Assembly (NCBI RefSeq): GCF_009914755.1
Contig: NC_060926.1
Direction: 5' to 3' (one strand)
From: the human T2T-CHM13v2.0 reference genome, Homo sapiens
Length of the DNA stretch: 64,000 bases
Below the pieces are notes generated by a model. The model was not told where the DNA came from. It saw only the letters and a list, made by a program, of their open reading frames with translations, and searched no databases. Below are positions 45,556 to 61,210 of the stretch, piece by piece; the first letter of the stretch is position 1; the number at the start of each line of letters is the position of its first letter. The translations under genes and the position numbers were made by a program.

Positions 45556-46918
45556 ACCAACTTTGTGCTAACTGATCTGCTGACTATGACCTCATTGATT
45601 AAATTCAAATGAACCTAATCAAATGGAAGACTCTCCAGATCATCTGGAGACACATACAATTTCTCAGCCATCCCTAGATCTTTGTGTCACCACCACAAGA
45701 GTCGAAGTGTCTGATGAAAGCATCTGATTGGCGAAACCAATGTCCTTTACTTTATGTGTTAAGGATGAGGGAAATTATTGGGTCCTTCTGGCTTCCACTT
45801 CAAGATACACACAGTGGGGAATTAACCCCTAGAGAAAAGGTGTTCAAATAAAAGAATATAAATGCCCCCAGTGCTTTCTGAACCAGATCCCTTAGAGTTG
45901 GATTTACTGGTGCATCAACTAAGCAGGAAGCTCTTGAAGGAGATGGAGTTGGGTCAGATGGTGTTGGGTAAGGTGAGGGAGCTACTTGAAGGAGGAGCAC
46001 ATCCTACATCAGTGAAGGACAACACTAAATCGTTGTGGATATTTACATAATCAAGGTATATATTAAACATGGAACAGGGCATGCTGGAAAGATGATGGCT
46101 CAGCAAGTCTCACCTTTCCTTCTCTTTAATTACTAAACACTCCAACCTCCAACCTCTTCCTGGCTAACTAGGAGTTGGGGCTGGGAGGTAGGTGGAGCCT
46201 GGAGGGCATCAGCCAGAGAGCTGTAGCTAAACTTCCAATCCTGCTACTACCCTAAAGCCAGATAAAACCCAGGCAAAACCTTGGGGAAGATTTGAAAGCT
46301 GCAGTTCCTGAGGAAGGCTTGGACCATGGGGCACTCAGGGAGAAGGTTAACATTGGTTAGCAGGAGTGTGCCTGTCTTTTTGGTTCCCAGGAGGCTGAAG
46401 GGGAAGGCTGTGTTCTCTCCACTTCTGAGGTTGAGTGAGCATGAGAGGCCCATGGAGAAGAGGAATATCCTCCCAATTCCTCAGCAGAGGCTTAGAAACT
46501 TTTTCACTGATGCAATGGGTCAGAAGATCAGAGCTTGCTGCACTTCCAACACTCTCAAGACCGCTACTACTAAAGTATCTTCAAGACGAGACCAAAGAAA
46601 ATAACACTTCACCACCGGGGCCGGCAGCCATAGAGAGGAAGAGTAAATAAAATAATCAAAGAGGACCTTAACAAAATCTGAGTAATTTACTTGCGGAAAG
46701 ATTTTAAGCAAACAACAGATAAATCCAAAGACCTCAAGATAGGAGAAGATACTTTGGGGAGAAATTAATGGTATGAAATGAATCTTGCAATATGTATAGT
46801 TAAATGGAAATGGATAACTATATCCATTTAACTATGTATAGTTAAAAGTGGATAATGCACTATACTATTTGACTGCATATAACCTAAGAGAAAACTAATG
46901 TAGAAAGTAGCTAAAATT

Positions 46919-46959
46919 GGCCAGGCACTGTGGCTCACACCTGTAATTCCAGCACTTTG
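46919..46959 (+). mobile_element. Alu 5' fragment (~40 bp)
   Basis: ggccaggcactgtggctcacacctgtaattccagcactttg, then non-Alu sequence. Confidence 0.8.
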
Positions 46960-47142
46960 TGATAAGAAAGACCATAAAAGATTAGGAAAAAATCTAGGAG
47001 ACTTAACTATATAACTTGGAAGGTGAGGGAAGAACTTCTTAACTAGACAGGCAACACAGGAGCTATAAAAGGCAGAAATATTTTACTATATGATATATAA
47101 AGACAAATATTTGCAGCATAACAAAACAAAACAAAATACAAC

Positions 47143-47690
<548 letters not shown>

Positions 47691-48176
47691 TCAAAAACAA
47701 ACAACCCAACAAACAAACCAAGACACCAAAAATCCTCTTTACCAGGTAAGAGATACTATAAACAAACTCAAAAGGCAAATGAGAGAGTTGGAAAAAATTT
47801 GTAATTCAGATGGCTATTTAAAACTCATAGGAAAAAAATGAGCAAATAATGTGAGTAAATAGTTCTTAAAGGAGCAAATCTAAATAGTCAATATGATATA
47901 AGAAGAGTTGAGAAGATGCTTAAACTAGCTAGCAGAAAATGCAAATTAAAGTGGAAATAAGGGATCTCTCTTCTGAACTGTTGTTAGCATGAGGGGTATG
48001 AAACACCCACTGTTGATGGAGACGGAAATGCGAATTCTTATACATTTATGTTGTTAAGCTCTTACAGGCTGTGAAGAAAGCAATTTGGTTACATCTTTTA
48101 AAACTAAAAATTCATATATCCTTTAATGCAGCAATCCCAACTGTGGAGGACCTATGTCATAGAAACATAAGCAGTA

Positions 48177-48749
<573 letters not shown>

Positions 48750-51700
48750 TCAAAATCCTACCATTTATCTGATGATTTATGAATATCTGTGTATATATGT
48801 ATATGCATAAATATGCTTGTATGTGGCTATGTGTATATAAAAAGTACAGAAGGGCACACACTGGTTGTTAACATGAGGTGTGAGGGTGGAGAGTAGGTCA
48901 GGATAACTGGATGGACATGAATGTAAGAGATAGAAGAACGTTAGAAAAACAGAGGCTGTTTTAAAAGGGCCCACCATGTGAAATATAATCCTATTTACGT
49001 AAAAGGATGTATGTGTGTGTATATTTACATATAAATAAATTTTCAAGCAAATTAAGCAAATAAACAATTTTAAGCAAATCGCAAACACTGTATAGTTTCA
49101 TCTGGAAATAGCTTAGTAAGAATCTCTAACGTGTCTCTTTATGCATGCTTGTAGTGGTGTTATGAACCAGGAAGAAGGAAAAAGGTGGAAGGATGTCCAC
49201 TGAATTGTTAGTATGGGTCTCCTCAGGGGGTGGAAGTGAAGTGGGGGGTAGGAGGGATATAATTAGCCTTGCCTTTCTATGTTTTTGAACTGTATTGTTT
49301 CACTTGCTGCAATAAGCAGGGAAAACTGGCAATTTGGTCCTTTGGCAGGCCTGAGAATTGGAAGAGCCTTTAGGAATATCTGCCATCTTTTCTCTCGTAT
49401 TCAAGGCAGCAAGTTTAAGCAATTGTGGACATCAAATAGATAAATAGCAAACTATTAGGAAACTAAGGGATGGCTTTTACCAAACCTGTTAAAGTTAATA
49501 TTTAATAGTCAGAGATACCACAAAGCAAGATGGGGCAGAGCTCATAAATTTTGGGGTGAAGAATTGTATATATCTCCACCTTCTAAGGAAATAAATGTAA
49601 ATTTAGAAAATACTTTGTACTAGATGCATTCAAGTAGATATACTTAACTATTCTGCAATTGTTGGACATAGATATTGCCGCCCAGATAATAATGCAATAA
49701 ATATCTTTCTTGGCTGTCATTAGAAATGATGTTTAAAAAGACTATAGGGTGACCAACCCCTTTTCAACACTAAAGGTTAAGAGAAACAAGAAGTGATAGG
49801 TATAAAAGTATCTCCTGCCCTTGCAGAAAAAAGTCTCATGCACAGAAAGAAGACCAAAAGGAAATAGAGTGCACCAGAATACTAACAATGGTTGTTTTTC
49901 AAAAGTGATATGTGTATTTATAAATAGTTATTTCTATTATTTTCTGTTCTGTCAAACTTTCTGTAATGAGTTTATAATATTTTATGATAAAAGAGAAACC
50001 AATAAACCTAAAAAACCCCGAGAAACTTAAAAAATTTAAGTGCAAAAGTTTCCTTTGACAAAAAACATTTATAAGCATGTTGTCAAGGTATTTTAGAGTT
50101 CTTTCACTATTTATGGCATTTCATCCATATGTGGACTATTAAGGGCAGAAATACAATATCTTTATTTGGGTCAAAAATCTCTGTATTCAAAAAACAGAAC
50201 TATAAGGCATTGCAGATAGGAAAATACGAATATGCTCTGAAATTAGTATTTTGGATCCACTATGAGGAAATGCCAGCCTGACATGAAATATTGAAGAGAA
50301 GGCAGAAAAAAAAAGCTAGACTATTTCATTACTAATATGACAAAAGCAGAAGCGTTACTAGACCAGCTTTAGAACAGCCCAGCTTCCCCTTTCACTTAAT
50401 TACTTAATTTCATTCATTCATCCTCACTTATTTGCTCACACAAATATTCATTTAAATATCATATAGTAAGGCAAATTAACCTCTCTGATTGGAAATTTCC
50501 TCACAGGTTAAATGGGGACTATTCAGGGGTACTACTTAATTTGCTTAGAGGGTACTTCTGAAAGTAAGGGATAATGAATGTGAAGTTCCTGGCACCTAAC
50601 AGATACTAAAAAAAAATTAGAACATTGTTGTTGTTATTATTCTTCCCATTAGGTGCCCAGCTTAGTACTAACCACGCTTGAGGAAGGGTTTCACAATAAT
50701 TCTGGTGAGGAGGAATTGGTGCCACAGCGTGTTAGATGCTACTTACAATTAACAGCATAGAAAACTATGTGTGGTTTATCCCTAAAAGTAGATTGAGTAT
50801 GTCTCTACAATTTTTAAATTAATTTTTATCATCTGTGCTAAATCCTTAGTTGAAAGATATCTTTTGTTCCCTGAATCGGTGGCCTGACCTGTATTTTCAC
50901 TAGCTCTGCCACTGAGACAGGCCATACTCCTTGCCTAGTGATAGCTGAAAAGCTTCTTGCTGGTAAGTAAGTCACCCCTTACCTTTATGTGAGGTGATGA
51001 CATGGACCCCTTAAATCTTTCCAGAGTCCGTTGGTAGGCTTCTTGGTGGAAACTGCTAGGTGCAAGTTTTTCTGTGAGTACCTGGTAACAGTAACCATGT
51101 GTCTCAGTGGCTAATGCATCTTGTGGCCACTTGGAATAGCAACAAGAATCTCCAGATGGAAGGATGCTGCCAATGAGACTTTATATAGTTAAAAGAACAT
51201 TTGGAAGTCTGGGGATACACATGCACTTTATGTAAATCCAAATTCAATTTAGACTAACACCATGGCCTTCTGGCACCCAATAAGGCAAGGCAACCCAGAT
51301 GCATGTTCCCATCAGGTGGTAACTCATTAGCTGGAGTAGTCCAAGCTTTCAGTGGTTATGATGAGGGCCCTGTGAGAAAATGCATGCACAGTGCCTAGCA
51401 TGGTCAGCAGTCAGTAATAGTGACGATTATTTCTGTTGTCAGCATCCAAATCACCATTCTCATGGCTCTGTGGTAATTATCTGATGGCTCAACCAAGAAG
51501 GAGCTTGCCTCATTCTAGCCGGTTGCAGGATGAACTTAGTGCCTGGGAAACTGCTTTTCTGGTTATAAAATCAGGTTTAGGGAAAACAGGAGTTGTGGCA
51601 TATGGAGATATCCTGTTTTTTCCTCCTAACTTGATGTGTGGGCTGTTCTTTTTCTGTCCTAGAAATCATAGTGTTTTAGAATACCTCTTCTTAATGCCCA

Positions 51701-51916
51701 TTCCCCTCTTTTTTGCTGGGATACACATGAGTGCTACATACTTCCACTGAATGTATCCAGATTTGATCAAAAACAGCAAATTGTGGTAAAGCAAAGCACC
51801 ACGGTTATTCATGAGTCACAGAACTATATGCAGTTCACCAGAGCTGGTAGCTGTCTCAGTTTGGGCCCTCTCTGAAGCAGAGCCTGAAACAAGGACTTGG
51901 ATGCAGGCAGTTTATT

Positions 51917-52224
51917 ATTATTATTATTTTATTATTATTTTTTTGAGACAGGGTCTCACTCTGTCACCCAGACTGGAGTGCAGTGGCATGATCTTGGCCC
52001 ACCATAACCCCGCCTCCCAGCGTTAAGTGATTTTCCTGCCTCAGCCTCCTGAGTAGCTGGGATTACAGGTGTGTGCCACCACGCCCGGCTAATTTTTGTA
52101 TTTTTAGTAGTGATGGGGTTTCACCATGTTGGCCAGGCTAGTCTTGAACTCCTGACTTCAAATGATCCACCCGCCTCAACCTCCAAAGTGCTGGGATTAC
52201 AGGCGTGAACCACTGCTTCCGGCC
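51917..52224 (-). mobile_element. Alu (AluSx/Sz-like) with TSD
   Basis: TSD caggcagtttatt at 51904-51916 and 52225-52237; (TTA)n tail. Confidence 0.95.
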
Positions 52225-53278
52225 CAGGCAGTTTATTTGAGAGGTGATTCTATGAAGCAGGAGTTAAGGAGTGATGAGATAAGGCGGGAAAGGAGGAAAA
52301 ACTAAGATAAGGGCACATGATGGAGTTTGTCACATTAAGCAAGGGGGCCTTGATTCTCCCCGGACCGTGGAGAAGCATGCCAAATGCCTCTCAGAAGCAT
52401 CCACCTGAAGGGTTCTCCAGTCACATGCTCTTGAGGATTTCCCTGAGCTTTACTGCTCTGAAATTCTGTGTTTATGCTTGCACATGGTGAGGTGGAATTC
52501 AGAGAGAGCCATGAGGTAAAACAAAAACAAAACCAACAAATCAGGGTGAGGGGATCTTCTAGAAAGGTGGAGTAAAGACCTTCAGAAATCTGCTCTTTCA
52601 TACAAGCAGTGAGAACTGTCCAAATCAACTTTTTCAGAATTCTGGAAATTACTTAAAGTCTTACAGCAGTCTGGGTGCTTACTCAAGAAAAACAGCTGAA
52701 TCTCAGTAAGAGGAGCAAGACCTGTGGCATTCCAAATTGCCCTAATTCCATCCCACTCTCACAGCTCGGTCAGGCCATGCAAATCAACAACCTTAAAACC
52801 GGCAGTTGTGAAAACACAGCCTAGCAGCTACTGCAGGGTGCAGAACAGGCTCGGAGTCCCCCAAAAGCCCATCCCTAGAGAATTTGTCACTATTTGACCT
52901 GACAGCTCAGGGCTCGTCTGTTTCATTTGACTCAGAGGTTGTTCCATGCAACCAGCCCTACCCATAGGGCATTTATCAACAATAAGCAAAAGGCAGTTGT
53001 TTAACATTGCATTACCTGAGGTGCCATTACAAATTCAGGCTAACAAGAGGCTAAGCACAAAATATAAGAGGAACACTGGTGAATTAGATAACTGTATGGG
53101 TTTTGAAAAGCTTTGCCATATTCCTACAAATCTAGAAGGCCACATGCATGCATAGGGCTGTGTACATGCTCAGGAAAGTACTGGAAGACCCTAGGCTCTC
53201 ACCTGTGGCTGACTTTAAAGCTCTGTATATGCAGGAAGTGAAAGCAAAGGCAGAATTGGAAATGGCTGCTAAAATGTG

Positions 53279-53681
<403 letters not shown>

Positions 53682-54297
53682 TTATGAGCTGACCGCTAAG
53701 CTAACCAAGCTGAGACTCCAGTGGCTGCATAGGGCAAAGAATATGGACTAAACAGAATTAGTCGAGGAAAGTCACTAAACAAACAACAGCAATAAAAAAA
53801 CAACAAAGAGCAATAACAGCAAACCCTGGGAAGGAAGGGGAATCTGATTTCCAGAGGTGACACATAATTTACAATATCTAGTTTTCAGCAAAAAACGATA
53901 AGCCTGACAGATCAAGTAGTGACAGCTCTCCAGGGATGGGCTTTTGGGGAACTCCGAGCCTGTTCTGCACCCTGCAGTAGCTGCTATTTTCAGCTGTGTT
54001 TTCATAATTCTCGGTTTCAAGGTTGTTGGTTTACAAGGCCTCACATAAGTATGGCCCACACACAGGGGAAAAAAAGCAGTCAATAGAAACTGCCTCTGAG
54101 GAAACCCAGATGTTATACTTACTATACAAAGACTCCAAATTAGTTATCATAAATATGTTCAAGGATCTCAAAGAAACCATGTCTAAAGAATTAAAAGAAA
54201 GTATAAGAATGTTGGCCCATTAAATATAGAATATCAACAAAGAGTTATAAATTACAAGAAAAAAGAGAACTAAATAGAAATTCAGGGCTTGGAAAGT

Positions 54298-54808
54298 TGC
54301 TATAGACTGAATGTTTATGTCCCCCGAATTCATATGTTGAAACTGAATCTCCAGTGAGATGGTATTTGGAGGTGGGGCCTTGGGAAGGTGATTAGATCAT
54401 GAGGGCAGAGCCCACACCAGAACTTGACCATGCTAGCAATCTTATCTTGGACTTCCAGCTTCCAGAACTGTGAGAAATAAATTTCTATTATTTATTTATT
54501 TATTTATTTTTTTGAGACGGAGTCTTGCTCTGTCGCCCAGGCTGGAGTGCAGTGGCACAATCTCGGCTCCCTCCCGAGTAGCTGGGACTACAGGTGCCTG
54601 CCACCACGCCCCACTAATTTTTTATATTTTTAGTAGAGATGAGGATTCACCATGTTAGCCAGGATGGTCTCGATCTCCTGACCTTGTGATCTGCCCGCCT
54701 TGGCCTCCCAGAGTGCTGGGATTACAGGCATGAGCCACTGCGCCCGGCCTGTTCTTTATAAGCCACACAGTTTATAGTATTTTGTTACAGCAATCCAAAG
54801 AGAATAAG
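54298..54808 (+). mobile_element. MaLR LTR (MLT1A/MSTD-like), internally deleted, with Alu insertion
   Basis: tgctatagactgaatgtttatgtcccc...cagcttccagaactgtgagaaataaatttct | ttataagccacacagtttatagtattttgttacagca. Confidence 0.85.
54487..54749 (-). mobile_element. Alu (AluY/Sc-like) with ~40-bp internal deletion in the right arm
   Basis: tctcggctc joined directly to cctcccgagtagc. Confidence 0.92.
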
Positions 54809-56198
54809 AAAAAGGTACAACAACTGAAATGAAAAATTCTCTAGAGGGTATCAACAGCAGCTTTGCACTAGAAGAAGAAAGAATCTGTGAACTTGAAAGC
54901 AGGTCAACTGAGAGTGCCTAGCTTGTGGAACAGAAAGAAAAAGAATAAAGAAAAATGAATGGAGCCTCAGAGACCTGTGTGACACCATCAAGCATACCAC
55001 ATACAAATAATCAGAATCCAAGGACAGGAGAAAGAGAAGGGGATAGAAGGGGATAAAATATTTGAAGAAATCGTGGCTTAAAAGCTTCCAAACTTTGATG
55101 AAAAACATTAATCTGCACATCCAAAAAGGTCAACAAACTCCAAGCAGGAGAACTCAAAAAGATTGACACTTAGATACATGCATTATAGTCAAACTTTTGA
55201 AAGACAAAGAGACTATTGAAAAAAGCAAGAAAAACACTCATCACATACTATGGATGCTCATAACAACGTCATTCATAACTGTCAAAAAGTGGAAACAAAT
55301 GTCCGTTAGGGGATGAATGGATAAACAAAATGTGGTACGTTCATATAAGAGAATATTATTTGGTCACAAAAAGGAATGAAGTTCTGATACATGTTACAAC
55401 ATGGACGAACCTTGGAAACTATGCTAAGTGGAAGAATTCAGTCACAGAACACCATGTACTGTATGGTTCCAGTCATATGAAATGTCCGGAAAAGACAAAT
55501 CTATAGAGACAGAAAGTAGATTAGTGGTTGCCAGGGGTGGAGGAGAAAGAAATGGAAATTGACCATTAATGGGTATTTTCTGAGATGACGAAAATGCTCT
55601 GGTATTAGATAGCACTGATTAATGCACAATATTGAGAATATACTAAAACCACTGAATTGAACACTTTAAGAGTGAACTTTGTAGACTGTGAATTTTATCT
55701 TGATAGGCTGTTATTTAAAAAATCAAACAAACTACTTGGTGAGTGCTTGAGGTGGGACACTGCCAGCTGAAGACAAATTTGAGCTCCCATGAACTGCCCC
55801 ACCACTGTCATGGCTGAAATCAGGTGAATTCAGGGCAGGTGATGTCTGGCACCAAAGAGATATGCTCCAATAGCCTGTGAATAGGTAAAATAAGCTGCAG
55901 GTTATGTGCTATTTCTGGAGTTTTGGGGTAAATTTGTGCCTTGCTTTCCTGCTCAAGCAAATGAAAGGGAAAATGAATGAATAGAAGTGGTGCAATTTAT
56001 AGTGATTACATTGAATCCCCTGTAATTAAATTTAAATACAATTCTAAATTTTATATTCTAAATACAATTCTAAATTATAATATTTTAGAAAAATCATTCA
56101 TAATTTTTTTTATTTGTGGTACATCTCACAACAGATAGAAAGTTAGCACTGTGTGGCAAGAGCCTGGTAGACAGCCTGGCTTAAGAGATCATCTATTT

Positions 56199-56412
56199 CA
56201 GTGGGTCCCAGATTTTGGTAACCACAAGAGTTACTTTAGAAGCTATTAGAAATGTTGACTCTGGATCTCTCCTATTCTCTAAACTCTCTTCTCATTCCTC
56301 GGCTAAAGAATGTGATTCACTAGGTCAGGAGAGGGGCTGAGGTGTCGACACTGCCAAAAAGCAGCCCTGGTGATTCTGATGCAGGCAGTCTATGGTTCCA
56401 GTTGAAAAATAT
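56199..56412. mobile_element. MER5-like DNA transposon
   Basis: cagtgggtcccaga...gcagccctggtgattctgatgcaggcag...ttgaaaa. Confidence 0.6.
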
Positions 56413-57234
56413 TGATATTGCCCAACTCACTGGTCTTAGATGAGATAATTGAGACACACAGAGGGGAAATGACTTGCTTGAGGCCACATGATAGAAGCAG
56501 AGGTATAGAGTGGGAATTTGCATTCAGGTCTCGTCACCTGCAGTCTCATGCTCTGTCCATTCCACCACAGCTCTTCTCACATAGTTGGATTAGAACAGCC
56601 CTGTGGTCACCACTCAGGAGTGCTCAGGAGAGTGGTGGACTTGTGTCAGGGAGCATTCAAACCACTATACACTTGCCAATGGCTCAGGCAACCCGAATTT
56701 CTGCTGCTTTTGCATATAAAAAGCATCTTGTGCAGAGCATCAGAATGTGAGTGATGCCACGTGGGAGCCGAGGAAGGCCAGTGAATGTGAGAATGTGCGT
56801 GTTTGAAAGTACTTGGAGATTTCAGAGAGTGGCAACCCAAGGACCCACAAATGACTCATTTCTTTTTAAACCAGAGCTACATAGTGTTAAGCATTCAAAC
56901 ATTTTCAGACATGTGGATCACTGACTTTAGTGTTCAGTTTCCTGCTGGCACCTAATACCATGAAATTACATTGCAGAGAATTCTAATTCATAGTCAGAAC
57001 AGTTATAAATATATTTGGCTACAAAAAACAGAGACAATGAAAGGAATGAGACAGAGTGCTATGAACACTCTTCAAAGATAAAAGATTAGTCTTGAAACTA
57101 TATCATAATTTTATAGAATGGGGAGTCTAGGCTGAGAAAACCTTATATGGTGGCATAAGAAAACATGGTGCATTGCGGGGACTGGGAGATACAGAGTTTA
57201 GTGTGGCTGGGTAAGGAGTGTGTTTGGTGTGGCT

Positions 57235-57280
57235 GTGTGTGTGTGTGTGTGTGTGTGTGTCTGTGTGTCTGTGTGTGTGT
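57235..57280. repeat. (TG)n / (TGTC) microsatellite within L2-like sequence
   Basis: Direct reading. Confidence 0.93.
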
Positions 57281-58588
57281 ATGGGAGGCAGGGGAAGGGG
57301 AGATTAGGGATAGGGAGGAGCATGAACCCTGAGAGACAAGGTCAGGGTGGGAGGAAGATCCAGATCACTAAAGGCCTCAAATGCTATTTTATGGAGCTTG
57401 GACCTCATCTAATTGACATTGGGGAACCGCTAGAGGATTTCAAGCCATGCAGGTGGAATTGCAGTTTAGAAGGATCACTCAGTTTGGAGTATGGAGAAAA
57501 GCTAGAAAAGGGATGCAGGAACAGAGGCCACTAAAAAATGATAAGGGCCTGAACCAAGGTCTTGGTTAGAAGTTCTTCCCAAGCTTGAGGACAACCAGTT
57601 TCAGTTGCCACCACTGGGCAGGTCCCCAGAAGACACAATACTTGGGACCATTGTCCCCACTGCCTCTTTACTTCTTAGGAGACATCTGTGATCAGATTTG
57701 AGAATCAAATTTCAGAGAGGCAAGCTTGGACGATGGGTGTAAGTGTTGTAAGAAAAATTGGTAAGGAGACGAGAAGAAAAGATGAGAAAAAGGAGCAGGG
57801 AGAGGAAAAGAGACAAGAGAAAAGATATATGAATATCTAGAACTTAGAAGAATCATTAAGAGGTCATTCTTAGTTTGCAAAATGTTTCGTAACGATTGCT
57901 TTAAGAAAAACACCCAGAATTTTTAAGCTCTATATCTTCTCTAGTGATTAATTTCTAAATTCATTTTGAAGAGGTCATTATTAAATTAATTATCTCATAG
58001 CGATCTCATGTATAAATATCATGCCAAAGAGGTAAAAATTTATCGAGCCTCACACAGGAAGCTGATCAACATTCTGTGGTTTGACAATCTGCATTCTGAG
58101 CAGGAGCCAGGGTTTAACTTTACCACATCTCAGAGGAATTCAGATTTTCTGAGAAAGGGCTGAAAAATTTGCACTCCCTGGGGTGGCAGAGGAGGCTAGG
58201 GCTAGAAGCCAGGTTACCAAATCCCTGTGTGGAACACGTGGGCAGATGTGAAAAGTGGGAGGAATGTTCAGACCACATCGTCTCCTAGTGAAAGTACCAA
58301 TGCAAGCTTGCAACCATAGCAACACAATAGCCCTATTAAAACACACACACAAAATCTGTCAATGAATTAAAAAACTCCACTTTTTGCTAGTAAGTAAAGC
58401 TTGGCGTTTATTTTTGTTTGCTCTTTATCCATTTGATTAGAAACCCGCTGTTAAAAGACTCCAATTCCTTGATAACCCTTTCTAGTACAGAGGCAAACAT
58501 TTTAGGAATATAATTTGTACTTGAAGAGGATAATTCTCTTGTGACTCTAGAAGGGAGAAACATGAAGAAAATACGAACTAATAAGAAA

Positions 58589-58725
58589 GACCAGGTGTGG
58601 CAACTCATCCCTGTAATCTCAGCACATTGGGAAGCTGAGGCAGGAGGATCACTTGAACCCAGGAGTTTGAAACCAGACTGGGCAACATAGTGATACCCCA
58701 TCTCAAAAAAGAAAAAAAAAGAAAG
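58589..58725 (+). mobile_element. Alu monomer (FLAM-C-like)
   Basis: gaggcaggaggatcacttgaacccaggagtttgaaaccagactgggcaacatagtgataccccatctc followed by A tail. Confidence 0.88.
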
Positions 58726-58910
58726 AAGGAGATGGCCTTAAGGTTTCTTGTCTTGGCACCAAAATGAAATCAGTGATGAGTGGGTGGAGGACTGGAGTTA
58801 CTATGGGCAGTGCGTGGGGGAGATAAGAAGAAATTGCCCTAAAGATATGTCAGGTCTCTTTCTAAAGAGTAGGACTTGGACCAAGGAGAAGGAAGTGAGT
58901 CATGCAAGCA

Positions 58911-59074
58911 CAGGGTCAGATCCTGTCTTCATTAAAAATGTGATATTTTGATAATGATTTTCTTGCATTCATTTTAATTCTTTAAAATATTACACGAAAA
59001 TGTTATTTGATTAATTTTTTAGTGCTCCTTAAAATTTGTACCTGATACATCAACTCATGCTAGTTCCTGCCCTG
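58911..59074 (-). mobile_element. hAT-type MITE (MER96-like)
   Basis: Terminal inverted repeats caggg...ccctg; cagggtcagatcctgtctt...aaaatttgtacc...ctagttcctgccctg. Confidence 0.55.
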
Positions 59075-59264
59075 CTAAAGGGAAACATTAATAAATGAGA
59101 AAAAATATTTATAGTTCATATTAAATATTGTTTGCATTCCGAACTCTACTTGGAAAGCAAAGCCATGTTCTCTAGGTCCACAGGTCCCAAGCTCTACCTC
59201 CCGTGGTTTCCCAAGGCCAGGGTGTGTGGAATTGAACATTTCACAATCTGGGGGAGACAACACA

Positions 59265-60630
59265 ACTTTATGGTTTTTTCCTCTGGTTGCTTTGAAGATT
59301 TTCTCTTTATTTTAAGCAATTTGATAACATTATGCCTTCATGAAATTTTCTTCTTCTTTCCTAAGCTTGGTGTTGGTTGAGCTTCAAATCTGTGAGTTTA
59401 TATCTTTAGACAAATTTACATCTAAAAAAATTAATTTAAAAATTTTTTCTGTCTTCACATTTTCCAACAGGAAAATAATATATAATTGGACTGCAATACT
59501 CCAATTATATGTGTATTGGACTCTTAAAGGTGTCTGATGTTCTCTTCATTTTTCAGTGTGTTTTCTCCAGGAGTTTTATTATGCATGGTTCCTATGGCTA
59601 TGCCGTCAAGTTCACTAATATTATTTTATTTGGTGTTGAATCCACTGTTTATCCTACCCAGTGTATTTTTTTTCAGGTGTTGTAGTTTTCATTTCTAGAA
59701 GTTCTATTTGGGTCATTTAAATAGATCTCATGTCTCTTTTTAATGTGCTTAATCTTTCCTCCACCTTCTTGAACATATGGAATATAGTTACAATAACTAC
59801 AATGACATGATCTCAGCTCACTGCACCCTTGACCTCCTGGGCTCAAGAGATCCTCCCACCTTAGCATCCTGAGTAGCTGGGACTATAGGAACATGCCACC
59901 ACACCTGGCTAATTTTTGTATTTCTTGTAGAGCTGGGGTTTCACCATGTTGCCCAGGCTGGTCTGGAATGCCTGAGCTTAAGCGATCTGCCCACCTTGGT
60001 CTCCCAAAGTGCTAGGATTATAGGTGTGAGCCACTGAGCCTGACCATAACTACATGTCTTAATGTTTTTCTCTACTAATTCTAACATCTTTATCATTTCT
60101 GGGTCTGTTTCTACTGATCAATTTTTCTTTTCATTATGAGTTATATTTTCCTGTTTCTTTGCATACCCAGTAATTTGGATTGGATGCCAGATATTGTAAA
60201 TTTTACCTTGTTGGGTATTGGTTTTTTTTATAGTCCCATAAATATTTTTAATGTTTGTTCTGAGATACATGTGCATTACTTGAAAACAATTTGAAGTTTG
60301 CTTTTAAGCTTTGTGAGGTGGGATGAGAGCTGCCTTTGGTATAAGGCTGATTTTTCTCACTACTGATTCCAGACTCCCAGCTCCATCTTCTCAACTAAAT
60401 GAGACCTCCTCTCTGCATGGTATCTTGGAAATTTTCCAGGCTGTGAGCTGGAACAATCATAGAGCTCACCTTATTTGCTTTCCCGCTCTTAGAGATCACT
60501 GTCCTGTGCTGTCTGATGTTCAGTGTCTAAAAACTATACTTTCTGATATTTTGCCCGTTTACTTTTTAGCATTTTTCAAGACAGGATCAATTAGGTCTTT
60601 GGTATTCCTCTTTGCCTGAAGTGAAAGTCT
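59265..60630 (-). mobile_element. Old L1 5'/ORF1 fragments
   Basis: tgtagttttcatttctagaagttctatttggg; ttttcctgtttctttgcat...ttggatgccagatattgtaaattttacc. Confidence 0.65.
59798..60045 (-). mobile_element. AluJ-like lacking 3' end and poly(A)
   Basis: Begins mid right arm (tacaatgacatgatctcagctca); flanking repeat ataactaca at 59793-59801 and 60046-60054. Confidence 0.9.
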
Positions 60631-60833
60631 TGAACATTATGGCTTCTGACTGTGGTTGATGAGTAATATTTTTAGAGAACAAAATAAAGTATACCTTGAA
60701 TGACCAATTAAAGCTTTCTGAATGGTTTAAGACACTTTAATAAAATTTACATCACCTATAAGTGTCAAAACAATTATAAATTTATACTCATAGTTTTCAT
60801 ATAACCCCTTAGTGAGTAGGTGTCAAAGTTTCA

Positions 60834-61210
<377 letters not shown>

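Noticed and set aside
46326-46711. Overlapping 60-90 aa ORFs in apparently unique sequence
   Set aside because: No recognisable protein similarity or convincing splice context; likely decayed repeat or random ORFs
56030-56090. AT-rich short duplication taaatacaattctaaatt x2
   Set aside because: Ordinary slippage duplication in low-complexity DNA; no further structure
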